Program-made: the position numbers and the translations under genes | Notes under the pieces: model-generated | The model's input: only the letters and a program-made list of their open reading frames with translations | Database searches by the model: none | What the model was told of the DNA's origin: nothing | NCBI GenBank assembly: GCA_947627355.1 | Contig: CANQVX010000007.1 | Span: 14,952 to 78,951 of the forward strand | From: an uncultured Bacilli bacterium | GTDB lineage: Bacteria; Bacillota_I; Bacilli_A; RFN20; CAG-631 | Direction of reading: 5' to 3' | DNA: 64,000 bases | Shown: positions 30,254 through 40,325 of the stretch, in pieces | Numbering within the stretch: position 1 is the stretch's first letter | Layout of the letters: the number at the start of each line of letters is the position of its first letter

Positions 30254-33007
30254 TTATTCAGTTCTTAAAGCATCTACTGGATCTTTTTTAGATGCGATAC
30301 GAGCAGGAATTAAACCAGAAATTAAAGTTAAAGCAATACTTACAGCAATCATTATTAAGGAAATAGAAATTGTAAGTTTAGCAATTTGAGCAATTGGGGC
30401 CAAGTGACTTACAATTGCATTACAGATTACTGTTAGTAAGAAGGTAATGGCTATACCGATAACACCGGCAAGTCCACCAATAATAAATGATTCAGCAGTA
30501 AATAGTCTTGAAACATCTTTCTTACGACCACCTAGTGATCTAATAACACCAATTTCTTTAATTCTTTCAATAACTGATACATATGTGATAATAGCAATCA
30601 TAACAGTTGATACAACAAGTGATAAAGCGGTAAAGACAACTAAGGCAATTGTAATGATATTAATCATTTCATTGATAATTGCTATAACTACCGATAAATT
30701 ATCACTATAAGTGATTTCATCGCGTTCTTCAAAAGTTAAAGTTTTACCGGTCGAAAGGGTAATATCTGTTTCTTTATTCCATTTTTTAAGATAATTTGTA
30801 ACTGAATCTTTTAATGTGAAATCTTTTGGATAAATTGATATAGCGTTTGGTTTATCAATACCACCAAGTTCACGATTAGTTAATGAATAAGTTAAATATT
30901 GACTTTGATTACTGCTACTAGATGAACCAGCCATCATCATGCTTAGTAATGCTGACATAGCATTTGTGTTTCCTACAGCAGCGGTAGCTGTTATTTTTCC
31001 ATTAGGAACAAAATAATAGTCATAAGTATAAATCATAGCAGGACTTACTGTTGTAGCCCCTGTTGTAGAAGGCATAGGAGTAAATCCTAAACTTGATTTT
31101 AAAGAAGTATATGATGTAAGTTCATTTTCTTCTAGATATTTAACTACTCTAGATTCTTTATTATCTTGTAAGAATTTCTTAGTAAATTTAGGAGTATAAT
31201 AGATACCACTTTGTAAACAACCATAAGATGTACCTTTTTTAGGTCTTAAGATTGCTGTAATCTTTAAATCCAGTTTAGCACTTTGCATACTATCCTTTGA
31301 TTCATAATTATAATCAAATGGCATTAAAGTATTAGCTGGAGTTTTTTCAGTATAAACAACACTATTTGGATAATAAGTAAACTTTTTATTTAATAATTCA
31401 TCATAAGTAAAATTTGGTTTAGAAGGACATAATTCTTTTAATGGGCTATCAATTGCTTCGTAAATGATATCAAAGAATTCATTTTGTGAAAAATAACCTA
31501 GTTGAGCTAATAGTAAATCAGTTAATTCACTATCATCACTAACAACAATCATGATTTCATCTTCTTCAGTAGCAATCTTACTTTTTTCTTTTGAAGAGAT
31601 GATATCATATTGTTCAGCAATGAACTTTTCATTTTCAACAGCTTGATTGAATGAATCTGATAAAGTTGCAATATAACCAGAATAAGGACCTAAATCAGTT
31701 TGTTCCATCATTGCAGTATACATATTAATGATAGCACCTAATGATAGGTTTCTTTTTGTAGTTACATAAGCATTTGCTGCATCGTTTTGTACTTCAATAT
31801 CAGTATAAATATTATTAGCCACATCAATACCATAATAAGAAGTGATTGATGAATAATAACTTTCAGGCATATCATGAATAAATTGAATATAGTCTTCAGT
31901 TATATCATTACTAATTCTTAAACTTTCAAAATTGTTTTTACTAGATATTAGTCTTTCAATTACTGAATCAACATTAATAACTCCATCTTTAATTGATTGT
32001 TTAACAGCATTTTGTTTCATGCTTTGAGTTGATGTTTCCATTAATAAATCAAGATTCATGGCTTCTTCGGTAATTCTTATAGGGTTTCCTGATAACATAT
32101 CTTCTTGCATATCACTGATATAAGAACGAACACCAGTTGATAAAGATAAAACTGAAGCGACACCTACAATACCAATAGAGCCAGCTATACATACCATTGC
32201 AGTTCTTTTAAATTTAGAACGTAAGTTTCTAGCAGATAATTTAAATGCACTCCAGAAAGATAATTTTGATTTTTTAATAGTTGGTTGTTTTATATTTTCA
32301 CTTGTTGGTTCAACTTCTTTAGTTTCTTCTTTAATTGGATTTGAATCTGAAGTAATTAAACCATCTAGTAATGTAACAATTCTAGTTGAATATTTGTCGG
32401 CAATTTCAGGATTATGAGTTACCATTATAACTAATCGATCTTCAGAGATTTCTTTAATTAAATCCATGATTTGAATAGATGTTTTAGTATCAAGAGCGCC
32501 AGTTGGTTCATCGGCTAGTAGAATGTCTGGCTCATTTACTAAAGCTCTAGCAATAGCAACTCTTTGACATTGACCACCAGATAATTGATTTGGCTTTTTA
32601 TCATATTCACCTTGTAAACCAACTTTATCTAATGCTTCCTTTGCTTTTTTAACTCTTTCTTCTTTTTGCATTCCTGAGATAGTTAAAGCTAGTTCAACGT
32701 TTTCAAGAACAGTTTGATGAGGAATTAAATTATAACTTTGGAATATAAAACCGATTCGATGATTACGATAAGTATCCCAATCACGATCTGTATAATCTTT
32801 AGTGCTAATATTATCAATTACTAAGTCACCAGATGTGTAGTGATCAAGACCACCAATAATATTAAGTAAAGTAGTCTTACCACAACCAGATGGACCTAAA
32901 ATAGAAACAAATTCATTACTTCTAAAGGAAATAGATATACCTCTTAAAGCATGAACTTTATTTGATGCCACAATATAATCCTTTGTTATATCAGTTAATT
33001 TAAGCAT
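30254..33007 (-). CDS. fused ABC transporter ATP-binding/permease protein (MacB/FtsX type)
   Basis: Walker A GPSGCGKTT, signature LSGGQCQRVAIARAL, Walker B LLADEPTGALD; TM1 then roughly 480-aa extracytoplasmic domain then 3 C-terminal TMs; start ATG 33007 with GGAGGGG RBS (ORF track GTG 33049). Confidence 0.85.
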   Translation of the reverse strand: MLKLTDITKDYIVASNKVHALRGISISFRSNEFVSILGPSGCGKTTLLNIIGGLDHYTSGDLVIDNISTKDYTDRDWDTYRNHRIGFIFQSYNLIPHQTVLENVELALTISGMQKEERVKKAKEALDKVGLQGEYDKKPNQLSGGQCQRVAIARALVNEPDILLADEPTGALDTKTSIQIMDLIKEISEDRLVIMVTHNPEIADKYSTRIVTLLDGLITSDSNPIKEETKEVEPTSENIKQPTIKKSKLSFWSAFKLSARNLRSKFKRTAMVCIAGSIGIVGVASVLSLSTGVRSYISDMQEDMLSGNPIRITEEAMNLDLLMETSTQSMKQNAVKQSIKDGVINVDSVIERLISSKNNFESLRISNDITEDYIQFIHDMPESYYSSITSYYGIDVANNIYTDIEVQNDAANAYVTTKRNLSLGAIINMYTAMMEQTDLGPYSGYIATLSDSFNQAVENEKFIAEQYDIISSKEKSKIATEEDEIMIVVSDDSELTDLLLAQLGYFSQNEFFDIIYEAIDSPLKELCPSKPNFTYDELLNKKFTYYPNSVVYTEKTPANTLMPFDYNYESKDSMQSAKLDLKITAILRPKKGTSYGCLQSGIYYTPKFTKKFLQDNKESRVVKYLEENELTSYTSLKSSLGFTPMPSTTGATTVSPAMIYTYDYYFVPNGKITATAAVGNTNAMSALLSMMMAGSSSSSNQSQYLTYSLTNRELGGIDKPNAISIYPKDFTLKDSVTNYLKKWNKETDITLSTGKTLTFEERDEITYSDNLSVVIAIINEMINIITIALVVFTALSLVVSTVMIAIITYVSVIERIKEIGVIRSLGGRKKDVSRLFTAESFIIGGLAGVIGIAITFLLTVICNAIVSHLAPIAQIAKLTISISLIMIAVSIALTLISGLIPARIASKKDPVDALRTE

Positions 33008-33120
33008 AATATACCCCTCCAAACGATTAATCTCATGTAATTTTAACACAAATAAATTGCTAAATAAATATTATTTTATAATATTTAACATTTTTTTGTT
33101 AAAATTTGTCGGTTAAGTTT

Positions 33121-33155
33121 TAAAAAAATTAAAAAAGCTCGACAGAATCGAGCTT
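33121..33155 (-). terminator. terminator of the tRNA operon
   Basis: minus-strand AGCTCGA-ttctg-TCGAGCT followed by T-run. Confidence 0.7.
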
Positions 33156-33165
33156 AATTTACAAA

Positions 33166-33241
<76 letters not shown>

Positions 33242-33250
33242 TTAAAAAAA

Positions 33251-33327
33251 TGGCGGTCCAGACGGGAATCGAACCCGCGATCTCCTCCGTGACAGGGAGG
33301 CATGTTAAACCGCTACACCACTGGACC
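33251..33327 (-). tRNA. tRNA-Asp (GTC)
   Basis: anticodon loop CTGTCAC; CCA encoded. Confidence 0.9.
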
Positions 33328-33347
33328 GTAAGATATATATATTTAAA

Positions 33348-33424
<77 letters not shown>

Positions 33425-33439
33425 ATGTAAGTTTAATAA

Positions 33440-33530
33440 TGGCGGAGGAACTGGGATTCGAACCCAGGCGCCACTTTCGCGACCTACCGGTTTTCAAGAC
33501 CGGACCCTTCAACCACTTGGGTATTCCTCC
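33440..33530 (-). tRNA. tRNA-Ser (TGA)
   Basis: 91 nt with long variable arm; anticodon loop CTTGAAA. Confidence 0.9.
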
Positions 33531-33541
33531 AAATAATTAGT

Positions 33542-33616
33542 TGGTGGACCCTGTAGGACTCGAACCTACAACCAACCGGTTATGAGCCGGGAGCTCTGCC
33601 ATTGAGCTAAGGGTCC
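33542..33616 (-). tRNA. tRNA-Ile2 (CAT, lysidine-type) or elongator Met
   Basis: anticodon CAT; GGACCCTTAGCTCA... resembles Bacillus tRNA-Ile(CAU); position matches Ile in the B. subtilis trnB order. Confidence 0.75.
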
Positions 33617-33621
33617 ATAGC

Positions 33622-33699
33622 TGGTAGCGGCGGGGGGACTTGAACCCTCGACCTACCGGGTATGAGCCAGTTGCTCTAAACCATCTGAGCTACGCCGCC
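33622..33699 (-). tRNA. elongator tRNA-Met (CAT)
   Basis: GGCGGCGTAGCTCAG...CTCATACCCG...CGCCGCTACCA. Confidence 0.8.
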
Positions 33700-33707
33700 A
33701 AGTATAA

Positions 33708-33783
33708 TGGTGGAGCTGACGGGGATCGGACCCGCGACCTCCTGCTTGCAAGGCAGGCGCTCTCCCAACTGAGCTACAGCCCC
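33708..33783 (-). tRNA. tRNA-Ala (TGC)
   Basis: GGGGCTGTAGCTCAG with G3:U70, anticodon loop CTTGCAA. Confidence 0.9.
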
Positions 33784-33801
33784 ATTCTCGCTTGCTTGTA
33801 T

Positions 33802-33830
33802 ATAATACAATAAATTTTTGCCTTTGTAAA
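33802..33830 (-). promoter_or_regulatory. promoter of tRNA operon (minus strand TTTACA-17-TATTAT)
   Basis: -10 = plus 33802-33807, -35 = plus 33825-33830. Confidence 0.5.
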
Positions 33831-33877
33831 GAACAAATTTAAAAAAGTGTTATGCAGCACGTAGGATAATAGTCTTG

Positions 33878-34729
33878 TTAATTTTTTTCTAAATACTTAA
33901 CAAAATTTATTACTAAATCAGTAGGAGTAGAAGTTCCAGAAGTAACATAGATATTCTTTTTAGTTCTTAATAAATCTAGGTTTAATTCTTCAATTGATGA
34001 AACAAAAAATGAATCTTTTATTTTGCTTTTAGCAATTTTATAAAGTGCTGTGCAATTGTTACTTTGTTTATCACCTATAACAATAATGGCGTCTGATTTG
34101 TCAAGCACTTCATATAGTTTTTCTTGACGTATACTTGCCATTGCACAGATTTCTTTATTAATAACAATGTTTGGATATTTTTCTTTTAGATAATCATGAA
34201 TTGGTTTGATATCATATTTAGACATTGCTGTTTGATTTGTTAAAAACAATCTTTCTGTCGACAAATTCAATGATTTTGCTTCTTCTAGTGATGTGATTAA
34301 ATGAATTCTTTTTGATAATGATAAAATAGCATTAGCTTCAGCATGGTTTCTAGTTCCAATAAAAATAATGTCATAATCTTTTTCTAGATATTCTTTAATA
34401 ATGTTAGTTGAATGATTAACATAACGACAAGTAGCATCAATACAAATTAGATTTTTATTTTTGGCTTTTTCTTTGATTGCATTGCTCATTCCATGTGCTG
34501 GAAAGACAACTACTCCATCATTAATTGCATCGAGTGCTTTATAAGGCTCTTCTTCAATTATAGTTATATTGTTTTGTTTTAAAGTTTCCATAATATTGTC
34601 ATTATGAACGATTTTACCTAGACAATAAATGTTTTTATCTGGATATTTATTTCGTGCTTCTAAAAGTTTGTTAATAGCTTTACTAACACCGATACAATTA
34701 CCATATGGTTCTAAAAGATTCACTTTCAT
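33878..34729 (-). CDS. ispH: 4-hydroxy-3-methylbut-2-enyl diphosphate reductase
   Basis: LytB fold; GNCIGV, AHGMSN, conserved Cys; RBS GGTGA before ATG 34729. Confidence 0.85.
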   Translation of the reverse strand: MKVNLLEPYGNCIGVSKAINKLLEARNKYPDKNIYCLGKIVHNDNIMETLKQNNITIIEEEPYKALDAINDGVVVFPAHGMSNAIKEKAKNKNLICIDATCRYVNHSTNIIKEYLEKDYDIIFIGTRNHAEANAILSLSKRIHLITSLEEAKSLNLSTERLFLTNQTAMSKYDIKPIHDYLKEKYPNIVINKEICAMASIRQEKLYEVLDKSDAIIVIGDKQSNNCTALYKIAKSKIKDSFFVSSIEELNLDLLRTKKNIYVTSGTSTPTDLVINFVKYLEKN

Positions 34730-34746
34730 TTCAATCACCAAAAACA

Positions 34747-35181
34747 TTATAACACATTAAAAAATGGATTTGGTATAGATTTATCCTCCTTGATGATATT
34801 TACTTTAAAATCATCGTTTTTATCGGTAATATCGATAGTTTTATCATCGCTTTGATTATTTATATCTGGTAAATTATCAAACGCTTTTTCAAGACTTGAT
34901 TCATTTGAAAATCTTTTAAATGCTTTGGCCACTTTAAAAGTTGTTTTGATATTTGCTATTAATGGTTTGGTTTGTTTTATGATTGGTGTTACTTGGTTAT
35001 AGATATTTAATACTTTTTGTGCACCACCTAAAAAAGTACCAACTTTAGTAAATGAAATATTTGAAAGCCTTGAAAATAATGATGGCCTAATTTTTGCGGC
35101 TTGTAATAAATTGCCACTTCTAGAAAGTAAGCCATAACTAGGACTTGTAAGTATATTGCTATATAAAGGAATAGTATTCAT
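34747..35181 (-). CDS. hypothetical protein, translationally coupled to ispH
   Basis: 144 aa; stop 17 nt before ispH start. Confidence 0.45.
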   Translation of the reverse strand: MNTIPLYSNILTSPSYGLLSRSGNLLQAAKIRPSLFSRLSNISFTKVGTFLGGAQKVLNIYNQVTPIIKQTKPLIANIKTTFKVAKAFKRFSNESSLEKAFDNLPDINNQSDDKTIDITDKNDDFKVNIIKEDKSIPNPFFNVL

Positions 35182-35282
35182 AGTTAATTCGCCTCATTAA
35201 TAAATATGCAATTGTTATTAAAAAGGTTAAAAAAAACTAAAGGAGTTTTGTTTCCTTTAGTTTTAAGGTCATTAATTGGTAT

Positions 35283-36212
35283 TTATTCTTCTTCGTTTTT
35301 ATTTTGTTTTTCATTAGTTGTCTTAACTGTTTCAGTTAAAGCAGCAACTAAAGAAGTTAAATCAGCAATGTTAGATGGAATAAATAATTTAGTAGCATTA
35401 CCATTTGCAACTTTTGCTAAGGTATCTAAACTACGAATGGTAATATATTGCTTTGATGGACTTGCTTCGTTTATAAGTTTAATTGCTTGTGCAGCACCTT
35501 CAGCTTCAGCAATTAATGCTTCTTTTTTAGCTTCAGCCTTTAATACTACTGATTCTTTTTCCCCTTCAGCAACAAGGATTGCAGAACGTTTTTCCCCTTC
35601 GGCTCTTAAAATAGCTTCTCTTCTTTCACGTTCGGCTCTCATTTGTTTTTCCATAGCTTCTTGAATATCACGAGGAGGGATAATGTTTTTAAGTTCAACT
35701 CTACGAACTTTAATGCCCCAAGGATCAGTTGCTTCATCTAGAATCAAACGAACCTTAGCGTTAATAACATCTCTTGAAGTTAAAGTTGAGTCTAATTCAA
35801 GTTCCCCAATGATATTTCTAAGAGTTGTAGCAGTTAAATTTTCAATGGCATTAATTGGATTATTAACACCATAAGTGTAAGCATGTGGATCAGTGATTTG
35901 ATAAAAGACAACAGTATCAATTTGAATGGTTACATTATCTTTTGTAATAACTGGTTGAGGTTTAAAATCAACAACATGTTCCTTTAAACTTACTTTTTTA
36001 ACTACCTTATCAAAAATTGGAATAATGAAGTGCCAGCCAACATCTAACGTAGCTTTATATTTTCCAATTCTTTCAACAATAAATGCTTCTGTTTGGTGAA
36101 CAATAACAATAGATTTAAATACTATAAACAAAATAACTAAAGCAATAACAGCAACAGCAATCCAAACACCAATTGTAGCACCTTTTGACAATAAAATAAT
36201 TGCATTATTCAT
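35283..36212 (-). CDS. SPFH/band-7 (stomatin/flotillin-like) membrane protein
   Basis: N-terminal TM, SPFH domain, C-terminal Ala/Glu-rich coiled coil; paired with upstream NfeD. Confidence 0.8.
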   Translation of the reverse strand: MNNAIILLSKGATIGVWIAVAVIALVILFIVFKSIVIVHQTEAFIVERIGKYKATLDVGWHFIIPIFDKVVKKVSLKEHVVDFKPQPVITKDNVTIQIDTVVFYQITDPHAYTYGVNNPINAIENLTATTLRNIIGELELDSTLTSRDVINAKVRLILDEATDPWGIKVRRVELKNIIPPRDIQEAMEKQMRAERERREAILRAEGEKRSAILVAEGEKESVVLKAEAKKEALIAEAEGAAQAIKLINEASPSKQYITIRSLDTLAKVANGNATKLFIPSNIADLTSLVAALTETVKTTNEKQNKNEEE

Positions 36213-36230
36213 TTGTTTTCCTTCTTTCTT

Positions 36231-36662
36231 TTAAATTTGTTTTACTATCATTTTGTTTCCTTCAATACGAACAATTTCAACTTTACTACCTTCTAGTATA
36301 GTTGCACTTTTATCTTCACATATAGCAGTCCAGATAATGCCTTCGTATTTAATTTCACCTGGCTGTTCAGGTTGAATTTTAGTTTGTACAACAACAGTTT
36401 TTCCAATAGCTACATCGACATTAGTTGGAACTGTAGCACTTTCGAATTTTTTCTTAACAAGTGGTCTTAAGAAAATGATACATAGAGTGGATAGAACTGC
36501 AAAAATAATAAGCAATGCCCACCATGGAACATCAAATATTGCAACAATCATCGCAACTAAAGCACCAATAGCAAACCAAAAACTAGTCAAATCTGTTGTG
36601 GATACTTCGATTATAATGGAAAGTATTAATATGCCAAGATAAATCCAAAACCAAATAGACAT
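36231..36662 (-). CDS. NfeD-family short membrane protein (OB-fold)
   Basis: 143 aa, 3 TM then beta-rich C-terminus; classic NfeD-SPFH operon. Confidence 0.7.
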   Translation of the reverse strand: MSIWFWIYLGILILSIIIEVSTTDLTSFWFAIGALVAMIVAIFDVPWWALLIIFAVLSTLCIIFLRPLVKKKFESATVPTNVDVAIGKTVVVQTKIQPEQPGEIKYEGIIWTAICEDKSATILEGSKVEIVRIEGNKMIVKQI

Positions 36663-36784
36663 AACTATCTCCCCTTTCAGTAATAATTATATGATATACG
36701 GGACTTTTTTACAATCAAATTCGTGTACATGCATTGAATATTATTGCTTGCTTTTTCATACAATGTAAGGAAAGGAAAATAAAC

Positions 36785-37507
36785 ATGAAAATGTATTTAA
36801 ATAGTTATTTCATTGATAAGAAAAGCAATAAAACAATTTTATATTTACATGGCTGGAATACATCCTATCAAACCATGTTAACACTTAGCCAAAAAAATCT
36901 CGATTTGAACGAACTTTTTATCGATTTACCAGGTTGTGGAAAATCAAAAGAACCAATTAGTTCATTAACAATCAGTGACTATGTTGAAATCATATTAGAT
37001 AACCTAGAAGATAAAATAGATAACATAACTTATATAGTAGGTCATTCTTTTGGTGGAAAATTAGCTATAAAACTAGCAAATCATTTTAAAAATTTAAAAG
37101 GTTTATTTTTAATATCACCTTCAATTGTTAAAGCTAAAAGGACACCAGTTTATTACTTTAAAATTCTTAAATATAAGTTATTCAAAAAACTTCACCTAGA
37201 TACATCTAACATGGGAAGTAATGATTTTAAACAAGCCAGTGACGTTATGAAAAAGACTTTAGTTAATGTCGTAAATGAAGATGGAATAAAAGAAATAAAA
37301 GCAATTGAAACTAAAACTTTATTAGTTTGGGCTAAAGATGATAAACAAACACCACTTAAAATGGCAAAGACAATAAAAAGGAATATGAAAGATTGTAAAA
37401 TCATTGAAATCTATGGTGATCATTTTGGTTATCTATCAAAGATTAATCAAGTAAATTTATTGCTTAAAGACTTTATTTTAGAGGTTGAAAACAATGCTGA
37501 TAGTTAG
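36785..37507 (+). CDS. alpha/beta hydrolase fold protein
   Basis: nucleophile elbow GHSFGG; RBS AAGGAAAGG before ATG 36785 (ORF track TTG 36734). Confidence 0.6.
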   Translation: MKMYLNSYFIDKKSNKTILYLHGWNTSYQTMLTLSQKNLDLNELFIDLPGCGKSKEPISSLTISDYVEIILDNLEDKIDNITYIVGHSFGGKLAIKLANHFKNLKGLFLISPSIVKAKRTPVYYFKILKYKLFKKLHLDTSNMGSNDFKQASDVMKKTLVNVVNEDGIKEIKAIETKTLLVWAKDDKQTPLKMAKTIKRNMKDCKIIEIYGDHFGYLSKINQVNLLLKDFILEVENNADS

Positions 37508-39038
37508 TTTAATTATAACTTTACTTATTTCCTTTAAAGCATTGATATATTTATTAAATGATTATCAAAAACAATATTATGATATTAGTAGGTTTATCAA
37601 GTTACAAAAACAAAAATTCAAGATTCATAAATTAAAGATTATATTATTCATAATAAGCCTAATTATATTGTTTCTACCGACAAATTTTAAAGTAATTAAA
37701 TTTATTTTACTTATTTTATCATCTTTTTATCTGTTTTATAACAAAATTACCGATAGAATCATACGTTTTAAAATAACTAATCGAATAAAAAGATTTATAA
37801 TTGAATATTGTTTTGTTTATCTGTTATTTATAACTTTATCTTATTTATTAAATATTTCATTTGTGATAATTCCTATTATTTATTATCTATTGTTTATCTA
37901 TTTCTTTTTACTTACTTGTTTTATAAATATTATTATAGAAAAAATAATCATGTACTTTTATAAAAAGAAGGCTAGAAAGAAACTAAAAAGGAATAAAAAT
38001 CTAAAGATAATTGGTTTAACTGGAAGTTATGGTAAAACTAGTACTAAAAATTATACATATCATTTACTTAATGGTTCTTATAATGTTTTAATGACTCCTG
38101 AATCATATAATACTTTTAACGGAATTTTACTTACTATTAATAATAATTTAGAGATATTTCATGAAATTTTATTGTTAGAGTTAGGAATCGATAAACGTAA
38201 TGGAATGAATAAGTTTATTTCTTTTTTTGATTTTGATATTGCTAGTGTAATAGCTATTGGAAGTCAACATTTACAAACTTTTCATGATATTAAATACATC
38301 GAACAAGAAAAGATAAAAATACTAACTAATTTAGATAGTAATAAGATTGCTATCTTAAATCTAGATGATCCTAGAATTATTAAATATCAAGATAAGATAA
38401 AAGCAACAATTATAACAATTAGTAGTGTTAATAAAGCTGACATTTATGCCACTGATATATCATTAAATTTGTCGGGTATTTCATTTGTTTTACATATTTT
38501 TTCTAATGTTTATAAAGTTAAAACTAAAGTACTTGGTAAAAATCATATCAATGATATTTTAATTGCTATTGCAATAGCAAAAGCAAATAACATAGATGAT
38601 AAAACAATAATAAATAGATTAAATTCACTTAGAAATTTTAGTCATCGTCTAGAATATAAAAAAGAAGGCTTATGGGAAATAATTGATGATTCATATAACA
38701 GTAATTTTAAAGGTTTTCTTGATGCTCTTGAAATACTAAGATTAGCAAATAATAAAAAAGTATTAATAACACCTGGATTAATAGAATTAGATAATAAAAA
38801 CAAAAAAATTAATAAACGATTAGCATTAGATATCACAAAATCAGTTGATTTAGTATGTTTAGTAACTAATAATTCCTTAGCAATTTATAATGAATTAAAG
38901 AATCTAAAATTCGATGATGATAAAATGTTTTGTTTTAATAGTTATAATCAAGCAATGTCTTATTTAAAAGATAATTATTTAAACGACAATTTAACGATTT
39001 TAATTGAAAATGATTTACCAGATACATATTTAAAATAG
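37494..39038 (+). CDS. murF: Mur ligase, MurF-like, with roughly 170-aa multi-TM N-terminal extension
   Basis: GLTGSYGKTSTKNY ATP-binding loop, IIDDSYNSN middle-domain motif, adjacent to ddl; N-terminal 170 aa almost entirely hydrophobic. Confidence 0.75.
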   Translation: MLIVSLIITLLISFKALIYLLNDYQKQYYDISRFIKLQKQKFKIHKLKIILFIISLIILFLPTNFKVIKFILLILSSFYLFYNKITDRIIRFKITNRIKRFIIEYCFVYLLFITLSYLLNISFVIIPIIYYLLFIYFFLLTCFINIIIEKIIMYFYKKKARKKLKRNKNLKIIGLTGSYGKTSTKNYTYHLLNGSYNVLMTPESYNTFNGILLTINNNLEIFHEILLLELGIDKRNGMNKFISFFDFDIASVIAIGSQHLQTFHDIKYIEQEKIKILTNLDSNKIAILNLDDPRIIKYQDKIKATIITISSVNKADIYATDISLNLSGISFVLHIFSNVYKVKTKVLGKNHINDILIAIAIAKANNIDDKTIINRLNSLRNFSHRLEYKKEGLWEIIDDSYNSNFKGFLDALEILRLANNKKVLITPGLIELDNKNKKINKRLALDITKSVDLVCLVTNNSLAIYNELKNLKFDDDKMFCFNSYNQAMSYLKDNYLNDNLTILIENDLPDTYLK

Positions 39039-39053
39039 GGAGGAAATAAAATT

Positions 39054-40193
39054 ATGAATATTGGTTTAGTTTTTGGTGGTTCGTCTGTTGAACATGAAAT
39101 TAGTGTTATCACAGCTTTACAAGCGTATCATAGTTATCATGGAAATAAATATAATTTAATTCCAATTTATCTTACTAAAGATAAAAAATTTTATACAGGT
39201 AAATATTTAACTGAATTAAATAGATATAAAGATTTAAAGGCGTTACTTAAAAAATCAAAACAAGTAACTTTTCATAAAGATAAAAACAATACTTATCTAA
39301 AAGTTGGAACTAAAAAAGTTATAATTGATGCTATTTGGCCAGTAGTTCATGGAAATAATTGTGAAGATGGTAGTCTTTATAATTATTTTAATATGTTAGG
39401 TTTTATATGTATTTCAATGGATCATTTTCAAGGCGCTATTAGTCAAGATAAAATAATTACAAAAAAACTAATGCAAGCAAATAAAATCAAACAAACCGAT
39501 TATTTTTCAGTTCATTTATTTAACTATAATCAAAATAGTGATATTGTCTTTGAAAAGGCTCATAAAATTGGCTATCCATTAATAGTTAAACCATCACGAC
39601 TTGGAAGTTCAATTGGTATTTGTATTTGCAATGATGATGCTTCATTAATAGATGCTATTGAAGCAGCTTTTAGATATGATTTAGAAGTATTAGTTGAAAA
39701 ATATATCGAAAATGTTAAAGAATATAACATTTCTATTTTAGGTGATATTTCTAACTATCAAGTGTCTGAAATAGAAGAAATAAGTAAACATGATTTTTTA
39801 AGTTATGAAGATAAGTATTTAAGTAATAATAAAAATAAAGGGATGGCTAGTTTAAATCGAATAATTCCCGCTTCTATCGATAAAAAATTAAAACAAAACA
39901 TAATAAATACAGCCATCAAAGTATCAGAAATATTAAATACTTGTTTATGCGTAAGACTTGATTTTCTATATGATGAAGAAAACAATCAATTGTACTTTAA
40001 TGAAATAAATAATATTCCTGGTTCTTTAGCCTTTTACTTATGGGAAAAGAGTGATGTTTCATTTACATCACTGATTGAAAAAATAATTGAAATAGGACTT
40101 AAAAAAGAATATTACAAATCCCAATTAAATCTCACATATTCTCACAATATATTTAATAGTTCTGAACTAGAAAAACTAAGTTTTAAGAAATAA
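39054..40193 (+). CDS. ddl: D-alanine--D-alanine ligase
   Basis: VFGGSSVEHEISV N-terminus, ATP-grasp; 379 aa. Confidence 0.9.
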   Translation: MNIGLVFGGSSVEHEISVITALQAYHSYHGNKYNLIPIYLTKDKKFYTGKYLTELNRYKDLKALLKKSKQVTFHKDKNNTYLKVGTKKVIIDAIWPVVHGNNCEDGSLYNYFNMLGFICISMDHFQGAISQDKIITKKLMQANKIKQTDYFSVHLFNYNQNSDIVFEKAHKIGYPLIVKPSRLGSSIGICICNDDASLIDAIEAAFRYDLEVLVEKYIENVKEYNISILGDISNYQVSEIEEISKHDFLSYEDKYLSNNKNKGMASLNRIIPASIDKKLKQNIINTAIKVSEILNTCLCVRLDFLYDEENNQLYFNEINNIPGSLAFYLWEKSDVSFTSLIEKIIEIGLKKEYYKSQLNLTYSHNIFNSSELEKLSFKK

Positions 40194-40325
40194 AAAAGAT
40201 TCGAACGCGTTCGAACGCAAAATCGTTCAAAAAATGTTTTAGTCGACAAAAATGATGCTATAATAATGTTGTAAAGGACTTGATAGTATGAACATAAAAG
40301 GACTAAAAAAGTTAAATGAAAAAAC

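Noticed and set aside
40199-40216. TTCGAACGCGTTCGAAC palindrome after ddl, resembling a Bacillus LexA Cheo box (CGAAC-N4-GTTCG)
   Set aside because: Spacing between the CGAAC/GTTCG half-sites is 2, not 4. It follows the ddl stop and is more simply part of a terminator-like hairpin.
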